Source of the DNA: Podarcis vaucheri | Lineage: Eukaryota | Assembly: GCA_965113315.1 (NCBI GenBank) | Contig: OZ220363.1 | DNA: 64,000 nucleotides | Strand: one strand, 5' to 3' | Shown here: in pieces, positions 52,801 through 60,938 of the stretch | How the letters are laid out: each line of letters opens with the position of its first letter | Numbering within the stretch: the stretch's first letter is position 1 | Notes under the pieces: generated by a model | What the model was told of the DNA's origin: nothing | The model's database searches: none | Seen by the model: the letters and a program-made list of their open reading frames with translations, nothing else | Program-made: the position numbers and the translations under genes

Positions 52801-55800
52801 AACGTTCATCTTTATAGCTGCAATTCGGCCTAACAAGGATAATTTCAGTCTTGACCAAATTTCTAAATCTTTTTTAACTTCTAACCAACATTTCTCATAA
52901 TTATCTTTAAATAGATTCAAATTCTTAGAAGACAGATTGACCCCCAGGTATTTCACTTTCTTAACAATATTTAGTTCTGTCTCTTTCTGAAACCCTTCTG
53001 TTTCCATGGCCGTCAAGTTTTTCCCTAAGACTTTAGTTTTTTGCTTGTTCAACTTAAAACCCGCCACCCAACCAAATTTCTGGATCAGTTCTAAAACTCT
53101 TTTTGTACTGGCTTCTGGCTCCTGTAGTGTTAAAACCAGGTCATCTGCAAATGCTTTCAGTTTATATTGTTTCGCTCCGACCCGTATTCCTTGTACCTGC
53201 CGATCCTCCCTTATCATGTTCAGCAAAACCTCCAGGACTGAAATAAACAATAAAGGGGATAGGGGGCACCCCTGTCGTGTTCCTTTCTCAATATGAAGTT
53301 CTTCTGTCACCACATTGTTCACTATCAACTTAGCTTTTTGTTCTGAGTAGATTGCTTCTATTCCATTCTCAAACCCCCTTCCCACTCCCATCCCTTCCAA
53401 ATTTTTCTTCATAAATTTCCAGGAAATGTTGTCAAAGGCCTTCTCCGCATCTATAAAGATCAATACTGCTTTGGTGTTAATATTTGTTTGTAAAAGTTCC
53501 AAGATATCAATAATGTTCCTGGTATTGTCAAACAAATGTCTACCTGGGAGAAAGCCGGCCTGGTCTTTATGGATTATCTCATTTAATACTTTTTTAAATC
53601 TGTTGGCCAAAATATCCGCAAATATTTTGTAATCCACATTTAGGAGTGAGATGGGACGGTAGTTCTTAAGTTGAGTTTTTTCAGTTTCCACTTTGGGTAT
53701 CAATGTGATGAATGCTTCTTTCCACGTATCTGGTGCCTTCCCTCCCCCCATAATCTGGTTACAAACCTCCTCTAGTGGTTGTATCAAATAGTCTTTTAGC
53801 GTCCTATAATACTTGGAGGTAAGTCCATCAGGTCCTGGAGATTTGCCCAGCTGCATATTCTGAATGGCATCCTCGATTTCCTGTTGTGTTATTTTACAAT
53901 TCAAGGTTGATCTCTTCTCTTGAGATATTTCTGGAAGACCATTTTCTTTCAAGAATTGTTCTATCTCGGTTACATCCTCGGGTCCTTGTGTATACAATTT
54001 TTTAAAATATTTCTGGAAACACTTTCTAATTTCTCCCGGTTTCTGGATGTTCTTTCCTTCAACTTCTAGATTGGTAACATAGTTTAATTTTTGTCTCTTT
54101 TTCAACTGCCAAGCTAGCAGTTTCCCACATTTATTCGCCGATTCAAATGATCTTTGTTTCATTTGTTTAATTCTCCATTCCACTTCTTGGTTGATCAATT
54201 GCGCATATTGTGACTGGTGGAATTTAATTTCTCTTAAGGTCTCTTTGGATTTTGGGTTTAATCTTAATTTTTTCTCGCCGTCCCTTATCTTCTCCAATAT
54301 CTTGTCCTTTTTACCATTCCAGAGTTTTTTCTTAATCGTATTCTGTTGTATCAGAAACCCTCTCATAACAGCTTTGCTCGCGTCCCAGATTATTCTTTTT
54401 TCCACCGAGGTGTTCAAGTTGATTTCAAAATAATCCTTTAAAGCTTTTTGGGCCTTCTTTACAATCTCTTGATCTCTTAGCAGGTTGTCATTCATTTTCC
54501 ATCTGAAGGAGTCGGCAGTAGTAAATCTCATTTCCATTTTCAAAGCGTTATGGTCGGAGCAAGTCTTTGGGCAGATTTCTATTTTTGTGGTCTTAGGTGC
54601 CAGCCCTCTAGTTGTCCAAATTTGGTCGATCCTTGTCCATGACAGGTGGGCCTCAGAAAAGAAAGTTCCTTCTTTACCGAGGGGGTTTCTCGTCCTCCAT
54701 GAGTCAATTAAATCCATATTGTCAGTTAGTTCAAAGAAAGTTTTTGGTAGTCTTCCATCTTTAGTCAAATTCTGGTTCTGTGACTTATCCATAAAGGTAG
54801 AGACAACCCCATTCATGTCTCCCATCATAATGATGTTCGAATAGTCCAGATAGTCCAATAATGTCTCATGCAGCTTCTTATAAAATTCTGATTTCCCCTC
54901 GTTTGGTGCATAAATTCCTAATATCAAAATTTTCTCTCCTTGGGTCGAAATCTCAATAGCCAGGATTCTTCCTTGTTCATCTTTAAACAAAAATTTCGGT
55001 GAAAGAGTCTCTTTGGCGTAAATCACCACGCCTCTCTTCTTGACTCTATCTGATGAGATAAATTCTTGGCCTAATCTTTTATTTGTTAACACCTTCCTGT
55101 GAGCCCTTGTCACATGGGTTTCTTGCAAACAAATTATGTCCAAGTTCTCTTTCTTTAGGATATGGAAGATCCGTTTGCGTTTTTCTGGGGAATTCGCGCC
55201 ATTAATGTTCCAACTATACAGCTGCAGAGACATCTTGTATCAATCTGTTGTTAGTCTTGTGGGGTGTCTTCTTTTTTGTCCGAGTCCGAAGGTGGTAACT
55301 CTTTCCCTGACTCTGGTGGTGGCCAAATAGCTGCTCCTTTCTGTAGGTCTTCTCCGTGATCGTGTAGGAACTTCTGGCAATCCTCTTTCGTTTTGATTTT
55401 TATCTTCTTTCCTTTGTATTTAAATAAGACGCCTTGTGGAAACTCCCACCTGTAAGGTATTCCGTTACCTCTCAGAAGTCCAGTTAGGTCAGTGTAGTTG
55501 GCTCTTAGATCCAGTAATTGTTTGGGAATATCTTTGTAAATTTGTGCTCTTCTATCCTGGATCACAAGTGCTTTATTGAAGTGTAAATCAAGTAGCTTGT
55601 CTCTCTCCTGTTTAGTCCTTAAAATAATCAAACAGTCTCTAGGCCTGTCCTTCCCAGCGACTCTTCCCAATCTAAATGCAGTCGTTATTTTGAAATCTGT
55701 GTCTTGATTTATACCCCAGAATTTGGAAAATTCTGCCGTTAGAAAGCCGGTCAAATCCTCTTTCTCAATCTCTGGGATAGAGCGTAATCTCAGGTTATTT

Positions 55801-58581
55801 TCCCTGTTTCGCAGTTCCACCAAAGACAGGTAGGCCTGCTGGTCTGTGATATGTTTGTGGAGCGGTCTTACCTCTCCTTTCAATTCCTCCACTCCTTTGG
55901 CTGCGGCCTCTGCTTTCCCAATCGCAGCCTCCGCCAATTTTCGATTTTCAGATGTTACGTCGTTTAAGTTTCCAATATCCTGTGAATGCTTAGCCACCTG
56001 TTCCGAAAGTTTGGTAATTGAAGATGTGGCTAAGTCAATTTTTGCAGTTTGATCATCCACTTTTTTGTTCAAAATTGCGAATTGTTGTAACATTTCCTCT
56101 AAAAGAGTGTTAGATCCTCCAGATGCCATATCCTCACCTATTGGTTGTTCAGCTTCTTCAGCTGGTGTTGTTGGCGAGGGTGCAGTCTGTAAAACGGCAG
56201 GGACTGAAGATCTGCGTCCCTGAGAAAACAGGGTTGTTTGTGTCAGTTTGCCTTTCCCTGCCTTCGACGCAGCTCTTGTTTTTACTTTATCGCTCATTCC
56301 ACACCTGTCTTTGGATTCAAGGTCAGGCTGTCAAAAGTTTCATGAGAAAGGCAGGCACAAGCGTAAACAATCCAACCACAGAAAGACAAAGCAAAGTTAG
56401 TTCTCAGGAAATTGTAAGTCCCAAGTTCCACTAGAGGGAGTAAGTTGCAATTCAGGGAAGAAGAAACAAAGTTTCAGACGCCATTAAAGTTCCTTAAGTT
56501 AAATAAATTAACGCTGATCCTTGGAAAAGACCTTTTCCCTCTAGCAGAGCTCTCACAATGTTGCCATAAGCTTCTTAAAAGGTGCAAAAGTACAGTTGTT
56601 TAATTGTATCCAACAGTAATGCCTCTAAGTGTCCATTTCAAATTTATAAGTATATCCGCAAAGTAGCCTTTTGTCCCACTGCAAGCCCGAGACTGGGGGT
56701 TTTAAAGTCTTTAAAATTTAAAAAAGTCCGGCGGAGGAGAAAGTCCCCAGATAAGGTACAGAAAATAGCAAGGAAATAAAGGTAACTTGCCTGCTTCAGT
56801 TTCCGACTTTTCCGAACGTATGATGTCTCACTTTAAAATCTCTCCGCACTGCTTCCAGCTTGTCAAATCTTTGCTTTTGATCACTAGCATCCTCGGGAGA
56901 CGGACTTCCTTTTTCTCGCCTCCCGCTTTCAGCCAAATTCGTAAATTTGTAATCCAATTTTGAGTAAATCTTACTCACGAGTAGTTGGTTTGTAATCCAA
57001 TGTAAAAGGAAGAAAGGTCGGCGCTCATCCGCAACAGCCGCGCGGCTTCACTCCCACAGAAAGAGCGATGAATCCACAGCACCGCTTCCCCTCCGCGCTT
57101 CCGGAGCCCCTTACGGGGTCCCTTCTTCGTTTTGGGGGTCGCTCTAGGTGCCCGCCGGATCCCACGGCCACGAGCTCACTCTGCTCGTAGTTTTTCTTAA
57201 TGGGTCGTCGCTTTGCCGCAGCGAACGACCCTTTTCTGCGGAGCCCCTCTTCGCAGCGCAAAGAGGACCGCCATTGCTTGCTTCGCGCCGCCTCCGGAAG
57301 TCAACAATATTGCTGAAATGTTTTTAAGATATTATATAAACCTGGCGCTTGCAGGCTGATATCATAGGACGTTACTGCTTCTCAACAGATAAGGGTGTAG
57401 AGTTTAGCTGATGCAATATGCACATGTTGTATAAAACATTCAGCAGGGCCACTTGCAATAAATAAGGAAAAGTAGCCATTCACACACACACACAAACACA
57501 AGTCCATTTTATAAATGGTCCACTTTGAGGAGAAATTAACATTATGGAATCCTGGCTTTAGAAGAGGACTCCGCACACTATGATTGGGAAGTGCAGGCCT
57601 CTGCAATAATGACAACCAGAGCAGAAAACCGTTCCAGGATAAAAAGGGCCATCACTTACTAAGACACATCTGAGCAGAGAGAAAAGTGCTAGATTCAATA
57701 AAGCTGAATTATTTGCACGGCAACATCACACCTCTCTGCTCAGACTCCAGAAGAATCCCTTCCTCGCCTGTTAAGGTGGCTGCGTGGCAATTTCCCTTTG
57801 CTGGAATCAGTCGCTTGGCACACTAAGCAAGAGAATTTGGGCGCGCGTGTTAATGAAAGCTCTTAATTAAAACTGGCACCGCCAACCACAAGCGTGTTTA
57901 CTCAGCCTCGGGAATGCAATGTGTTGTTGTTGCTGCTGCTGCTGCAATAAAAGCGTGAGCCTATTTGCAAAGCTAAGCGGGGTCAACTTGGATGGGGTCC
58001 CCGCCCGCGTGTTGACATTCCTGCACTGCAAGGGGTTGCGCTAGATGAGCCTGGGAGTCCCCCTTCCAGCTCTGCGCCTGCCGCCGCAGCATTACATTTG
58101 AACTCTCAGGCAACTCCGGAAGCAGCAGCCTAGTCGGATTTGTTTTGCTCGAAGCGACAACGCGAGGCCTCCTCCTCCTCCTCCTGACCTGCAAACCCAG
58201 AACCCGAATGGGAGCGGAGGGAGGCGGCACAGAGGACGCCCGTTCCCATTGGCTGCCCGCACCCAGGCGCCTGCCATGGCTGAGGGAGGGAGGGAGGGTC
58301 GCCGAGGGGAGGCCTAGCGCCCTCCGACCCCCAAGCAGGGTCTTGCAAGGGACGGCGTCCCACGGGGAGAAGAAAATGGTGGGCCGCTGGGAGGAAGGAA
58401 GTGCGCGAGCAAGCCAAGGGGGCGCCGCGCTTTCCCACCGGGTTGGCGGCGGCGCTCACTCACCGAAGTCGAGGAACTGCTTCATGGAGAGGGGCGAGGG
58501 GGAGAAGCGGCAGTAGAAGTCCACCTGCTGAGGGATAGTGGCCGGGGAGACGCTCCTCAGCAGCGCCCGGAGGAGCCTCAT
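37720..58581 (-). CDS. PDK1: Pyruvate dehydrogenase kinase isozyme 1, mitochondrial; complete, 11 exons, 410 aa
   Basis: Exons (minus strand) 58581-58464, 49599-49458, 49154-49083, 48279-48095, 47513-47418, 46176-46099, 44138-44062, 42314-42216, 40372-40262, 38078-37965, 37860-37720; total 1233 nt in frame. Peptides [78 protein letters not shown] and [20 protein letters not shown] resemble PDK1 more than PDK2-4. Confidence 0.96.
37965..38078 (-). CDS. PDK1: PDK1 exon 10 (GC donor)
   Basis: 114 nt; [38 protein letters not shown]; donor AAG|gcatgt. Confidence 0.93.
39390..39870 (+). mobile_element. Penelope-like element 3' fragment (GIY-YIG C-terminus plus pLTR with mutated hammerhead), in PDK1 intron 9
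   Basis: Frame [64 protein letters not shown]; 39781-39870 matches the 59292-59387 arm. Confidence 0.85.
40262..40372 (-). CDS. PDK1: PDK1 exon 9
   Basis: 111 nt; [37 protein letters not shown]. Confidence 0.95.
40647..40998 (-). mobile_element. Sauria SINE
   Basis: Family body; TSD ATAGAATAATA. Confidence 0.9.
41823..42141. mobile_element. Tc1/mariner (Tigger-like) MITE
   Basis: TA|CAGTGGTGCC...GGCACCACTG|TA with internal CGCAAGACGAA repeats. Confidence 0.85.
42216..42314 (-). CDS. PDK1: PDK1 exon 8
   Basis: 99 nt; [33 protein letters not shown]. Confidence 0.95.
43261..43634 (-). mobile_element. Sauria SINE
   Basis: Family body and tail. Confidence 0.88.
44062..44138 (-). CDS. PDK1: PDK1 exon 7
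   Basis: 77 nt; [25 protein letters not shown]. Confidence 0.94.
44398..44632. mobile_element. Mariner-type MITE, family B (short)
   Basis: TA|CCGTATTTTTCGCTCTATAAG...AAAAATACGG|TA. Confidence 0.85.
44953..45278 (-). mobile_element. Sauria SINE
   Basis: Family body with a small internal deletion. Confidence 0.88.
46099..46176 (-). CDS. PDK1: PDK1 exon 6
   Basis: 78 nt; [26 protein letters not shown]. Confidence 0.94.
46617..47053. mobile_element. Mariner-type MITE, family B
   Basis: TA|CCATATATTTCGCTCTATAGG...GCGAAAAATACGG|TA. Confidence 0.85.
47418..47513 (-). CDS. PDK1: PDK1 exon 5
   Basis: 96 nt; [31 protein letters not shown]. Confidence 0.94.
47646..47978. mobile_element. hAT MITE sharing termini with 25371-26758
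   Basis: Perfect TIR CAGGGGTCTGCAACC; TSD GACAAGGA (47638-45, 47979-86). Confidence 0.88.
48095..48279 (-). CDS. PDK1: PDK1 exon 4
   Basis: 185 nt; [27 protein letters not shown]...[19 protein letters not shown]. Confidence 0.96.
48700..48945. mobile_element. Tc1/mariner (Tigger-like) MITE
   Basis: TA|CAGTCATACC...GTACCACTG|TA. Confidence 0.75.
49083..49154 (-). CDS. PDK1: PDK1 exon 3
   Basis: 72 nt; [23 protein letters not shown]. Confidence 0.93.
49458..49599 (-). CDS. PDK1: PDK1 exon 2
   Basis: 142 nt; [48 protein letters not shown]. Confidence 0.95.
50063..50145 (-). mobile_element. tRNA-Ile-derived SINE head or tRNA pseudogene
   Basis: GGATAGCTCAGTTGGTTAGAGCATGGTGCTGATAACCCCAAGGTTGCAGGTTCGATCCC resembles tRNA-Ile, but the acceptor stem is broken. 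Confidence 0.7.
51493..55233 (-). CDS. L1 ORF2p (APE endonuclease, reverse transcriptase, CCHC), 1246 aa
   Basis: EN motifs SWNING, LQETH, IYAPN, GDMN, RIDQI, SDHN; RT motifs [33 protein letters not shown]; C-terminal CWKC-x8-H-x4-C. Confidence 0.97.
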   Translation of the reverse strand: MSLQLYSWNINGANSPEKRKRIFHILKKENLDIICLQETHVTRAHRKVLTNKRLGQEFISSDRVKKRGVVIYAKETLSPKFLFKDEQGRILAIEISTQGEKILILGIYAPNEGKSEFYKKLHETLLDYLDYSNIIMMGDMNGVVSTFMDKSQNQNLTKDGRLPKTFFELTDNMDLIDSWRTRNPLGKEGTFFSEAHLSWTRIDQIWTTRGLAPKTTKIEICPKTCSDHNALKMEMRFTTADSFRWKMNDNLLRDQEIVKKAQKALKDYFEINLNTSVEKRIIWDASKAVMRGFLIQQNTIKKKLWNGKKDKILEKIRDGEKKLRLNPKSKETLREIKFHQSQYAQLINQEVEWRIKQMKQRSFESANKCGKLLAWQLKKRQKLNYVTNLEVEGKNIQKPGEIRKCFQKYFKKLYTQGPEDVTEIEQFLKENGLPEISQEKRSTLNCKITQQEIEDAIQNMQLGKSPGPDGLTSKYYRTLKDYLIQPLEEVCNQIMGGGKAPDTWKEAFITLIPKVETEKTQLKNYRPISLLNVDYKIFADILANRFKKVLNEIIHKDQAGFLPGRHLFDNTRNIIDILELLQTNINTKAVLIFIDAEKAFDNISWKFMKKNLEGMGVGRGFENGIEAIYSEQKAKLIVNNVVTEELHIEKGTRQGCPLSPLLFISVLEVLLNMIREDRQVQGIRVGAKQYKLKAFADDLVLTLQEPEASTKRVLELIQKFGWVAGFKLNKQKTKVLGKNLTAMETEGFQKETELNIVKKVKYLGVNLSSKNLNLFKDNYEKCWLEVKKDLEIWSRLKLSLLGRIAAIKMNVLPKMLFLFQALQIVDRVECFGKWQKDISRFVWQGKKPRIKFKILTDAKERGGFALPDLRLYYEAAAFCWMKDWILLENTDVLDLEGFNNSSGWHAYLWYDKGKSYGMFKNHIVRKAIYMVWKKYKDLLESKTPRWISPIEAKARKTTNMEAYWPKYWEIIENIEGNWRLQSFEKLKDKVQNWLHYAQINEVFKLDKKTGFQVEKSKLETELLEPKTKLLSRMYNLLLKWNTQDETVKSAMIKWAQDIGYNIMSDDWERLWTTGMKFTACNALKENIMKMVYRWYMTPVKLAKIYHLSDNKCWKCKEAEGTFFHLWWTCPRLKAFWEMIYNELKKVFKYTFPKKPEAFLLGIVGQKVSKKDRTFFMYATIAARILIAKHWKTQDLPTLEDWHTQLMNYMELAEMTARIRDTGEEAMEEDWKKFKDYLQKYYKLYET
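55251..56297 (-). CDS. L1 ORF1p (coiled coil, RRM, CTD), 348 aa
   Basis: Uninterrupted ORF; heptad-rich N half; [29 protein letters not shown] and YRWEFP motifs typical of L1 ORF1. Confidence 0.92.
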   Translation of the reverse strand: MSDKVKTRAASKAGKGKLTQTTLFSQGRRSSVPAVLQTAPSPTTPAEEAEQPIGEDMASGGSNTLLEEMLQQFAILNKKVDDQTAKIDLATSSITKLSEQVAKHSQDIGNLNDVTSENRKLAEAAIGKAEAAAKGVEELKGEVRPLHKHITDQQAYLSLVELRNRENNLRLRSIPEIEKEDLTGFLTAEFSKFWGINQDTDFKITTAFRLGRVAGKDRPRDCLIILRTKQERDKLLDLHFNKALVIQDRRAQIYKDIPKQLLDLRANYTDLTGLLRGNGIPYRWEFPQGVLFKYKGKKIKIKTKEDCQKFLHDHGEDLQKGAAIWPPPESGKELPPSDSDKKEDTPQD

Positions 58582-59060
58582 GGCGACCCCTTGGCGCGGA
58601 GAGGCGCGCAAGGCGCACCAGGGCGCACGGGAAGCTGCGGCGCGGCGCGCTCCGCTCTCGTTCTGGGCCCCCCTTCAGGTCGTCCCCGCCGCCATTTCCA
58701 GGCTCGGCAGCTGCAAGCCGAACAGCCGGTGGCTTTCCCGGGCAGGTTCTCTGCTCTGTGCGGAGATAGAAGGGAGGAGGTGGGCGGCGGCGGCGGCGGC
58801 GACGCCAGGCAGGGACAAGGGGCCGGGCGACAAGAGCGGCAGCGGCAGCGGCAGCGCCTCCTCCTCCTCTCGGCGTCAAGCCAAGGAGGGGGGAGAGGCG
58901 GGCCGAGGCGGCGCGAAGGTGCGGCGGGTGGGTCCGGAAGAGCTGCTCCTTGGCGCTCCAACCTGAGGGAATCCGGGGCTTGCAGTCCGAGCCGCCTTTC
59001 GGCTACCTGCACCCGCTTCTTTGGCTGCGTTTCGGTGTTGCTCGCTGCGCGCGCGCCTTG
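57830..59060 (-). promoter_or_regulatory. PDK1: CpG-island promoter and 5' region of PDK1
   Basis: Sharp rise in GC and CpG density around exon 1; (GCC)n/(GCCGCT)n runs; YY1-like AAATGGCGG near 58697-58689. Confidence 0.8.
58464..58581 (-). CDS. PDK1: PDK1 exon 1 (mitochondrial presequence)
   Basis: gtcgccATGa Kozak; [39 protein letters not shown]; donor G|gtgagt. Confidence 0.94.
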
Positions 59061-59214
59061 TGTCTCTTTTAGCAGCTGGTATCCCACATTGTGGTGATTA
59101 AGATGCCTGCTCCTTGGGAGAAAGGCGATGGCAAACCTAGACAGCATCTTAAAAAGCAGAGACATCTTAAAAAGCAGAGACATCACCTTGCCAACAAAGG
59201 TCCGTATAGTTAAA

Positions 59215-59421
59215 ATAAAAAAATTCCTTCCAGTAGCACCTTAAAGACCAACTAAGTTAGTTCTTGGTATGAGTTTTCGTGTATCGTTTTCTGGTATCTG
59301 AAGAAGTGTGCATGCACACGAAAGCTCATACCAAGAACTAACTTAGTTGGTCTTTAAGGTGCTACTGGAAGGAATTTTTTTATTTTGACTATGGCAGACC
59401 AACACGGCTACCTATCTGTAA
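59215..59421 (+). mobile_element. Penelope-like element terminal fragment (inverted pLTR hairpin plus tail) inserted in BovB
   Basis: About 70-bp near-perfect inverted repeat (59213-59282 vs 59316-59387); 34-nt tail; 13-bp duplication CCGTATAGTTAAA at 59202-59214 and 59422-59434; homologous to the Penelope 3' end at 39781-39870. Confidence 0.8.
59292..59333 (+). ncRNA. Minimal type I hammerhead ribozyme motif (Penelope-type)
   Basis: Stem I TGGTAT(59292-97)/ATACCA(59328-33); core CTGAAGA 59298-59304 plus an extra A; stem II GTGTG-CATG-CACAC; GAAA 59320-23; palindromic minimal helix III (AGCT); predicted cleavage after C59327. Confidence 0.75.
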
Positions 59422-60711
59422 CCGTATAGTTAAAGCTATGGTTTTCCCAGTAGTGATGTATGGAAGTGAGAGCTGGACCATAAAGAAAGCTGATCACCGA
59501 AGAATTGATGCTTTTGAATTATGGTGCTGGAGGAGACTCTTGAGAGTCCCATGGACTGCAAGAAGATGAAACCTCTCCATTCTGAAGGAAATCAGCCCTG
59601 AGTGCTCACTGGAAGGACAGATCCTGAAGCTGAGGCTCCAATACTTTGGCCACCTCATGAGAAGACTCCCTGGAAAAGACCCTGATGTTGGGAAAGATGG
59701 AGGGCACAAGGAGAAGGGGACTACAGAGGACGAGATGGCTGGACAGTGTTCTCGAAGCTACCAGCATGAGTCTGACCAAACTGCGGGAGGCAGTGGAAGA
59801 CAGGAGTGCCTGGCGTGCTCTGGTCCATGGGGTCACAAAGAGTCGGACACGACTAAACGACTAAACAACAACAACAGTACAACATTATTATTACTATTAT
59901 TAGACCCCGCCCATCAGACTGGGTTGCCCCAGACTCTGGCCCAGCCACTCAGGGATACGACTCTGGCAGGGATGGCAGCGAGAATTGGGTTAGCTTTAAC
60001 GCACCTCACAACGGAGCTCAGAAGTAGGATGTGCTCCCAAGTAAGGCCAACTCTACAATTCTATTATTCTCTCTCTCTTCTTAATTCTTTATTGAAAAAT
60101 AAAAAAGTACAAAATTGTAAATGCACAGAGTAAGATAAGACAAAAATGAAGGGGGAAAAAACAAGAAATAAAACCCATATGGGAAACAAAACAGGAAAAA
60201 AGGTACTCTCAGTTTTTATAAATACCATATCTGATTAATGTGTGGTTAACTACAATAACAATCCCCCTCTTTTTTTGCAATGTACACAGTACAATTCTAT
60301 GATTCTTAAGTGCACAGGAGTACAGTCTTGAGTGACTTTGGCTGCAATCCTGAACGCACCTGGGAACAAACCCCACTGAACAATATAGTAGGACTTCCAA
60401 ATAAACATGCATAGGATTACAGTATGTTGTTACACACTGCAAGGGGAGAACAGAAATTCCTGCACCCTTTTTCTGTCTGCTAAAAGTCATGAATAAAGTT
60501 TTTCTCATCATTGTGTTTTTTTTTAAAAAAAGTTTAAACTTTCCCATTTCTTGGCCTGCAGCTCTTTAAAGATGTGTCAGTCGTGGGGGTGGGGAATAGC
60601 ATCATAAATAGACCCTCATGCACCCAGTTCCCACATGAAAACCGCCTTTGGCTGCTGTTCTGGGAGATTCTGCTCAAGGCGGGCCTATATTAGGGTGTAT
60701 TTATGTGTATA

Positions 60712-60938
60712 CAGGGGTACCTCGGGTTACATATGCTTCAGGTTACATATTCAGGTTACAGACTCTGCTAATTGAGTAGTACCTCGGGTTAAGAACTTTT
60801 GCTTCAGGATGAGAACTGAAATTGCGCTGCAGCAGCGGGAGGCCCCATTAGCTAAATTTGGTACTTCAGGTTAAGAACAGTTTCAGGTTAAGAACGGACC
60901 TCTAGAACAAATTAAGTTCTTAACCCGAGGTACCGCTG
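60712..60938. mobile_element. Tc1/mariner MITE, family A
   Basis: TA|CAGGGGTACCTC...GAGGTACCGCTG|TA. Confidence 0.85.

Larger units (their letters stand above)
51104..57302 (-). mobile_element. Full-length L1 (LINE-1 clade) retrotransposon in PDK1 intron 1, sense to host
   Basis: 5' end GACTTCCGG at 57302; about 1.0 kb 5'UTR, ORF1, 17-nt spacer, ORF2, 3'UTR with AATAAA and poly(A) (T-run 51104-51121); TSD AACAATATTGCTGAAATG(TTTTT) at 51086-51108 and 57303-57325. Confidence 0.97.
59097..59877 (+). mobile_element. BovB (RTE clade) LINE 3' fragment, interrupted by the Penelope insert
   Basis: Encodes RTE-like VVMYGSESWTIKKADHRRIDAFELWCWRRLLRVPWT; 3' end GAGTCGGACACGACTAAACGACTAAA(CAA)n. Confidence 0.9.

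Noticed and set aside
52358-56434. Antisense ORFs within the L1 as ORF0-like genes
   Set aside because: Short, mostly non-ATG, and expected as shadows of long coding frames.
57973-59186. Long ORFs on both strands around PDK1 exon 1 as a bidirectional coding gene or N-terminal extension
   Set aside because: CpG-island artefacts; the in-frame upstream ATG (58695) hits TGA after six codons.
59255-59345. Type III hammerhead using the inverted arm as a long helix III
   Set aside because: In that topology helix I cannot pair next to the cleavage triplet; only the minimal type I fold is supported.
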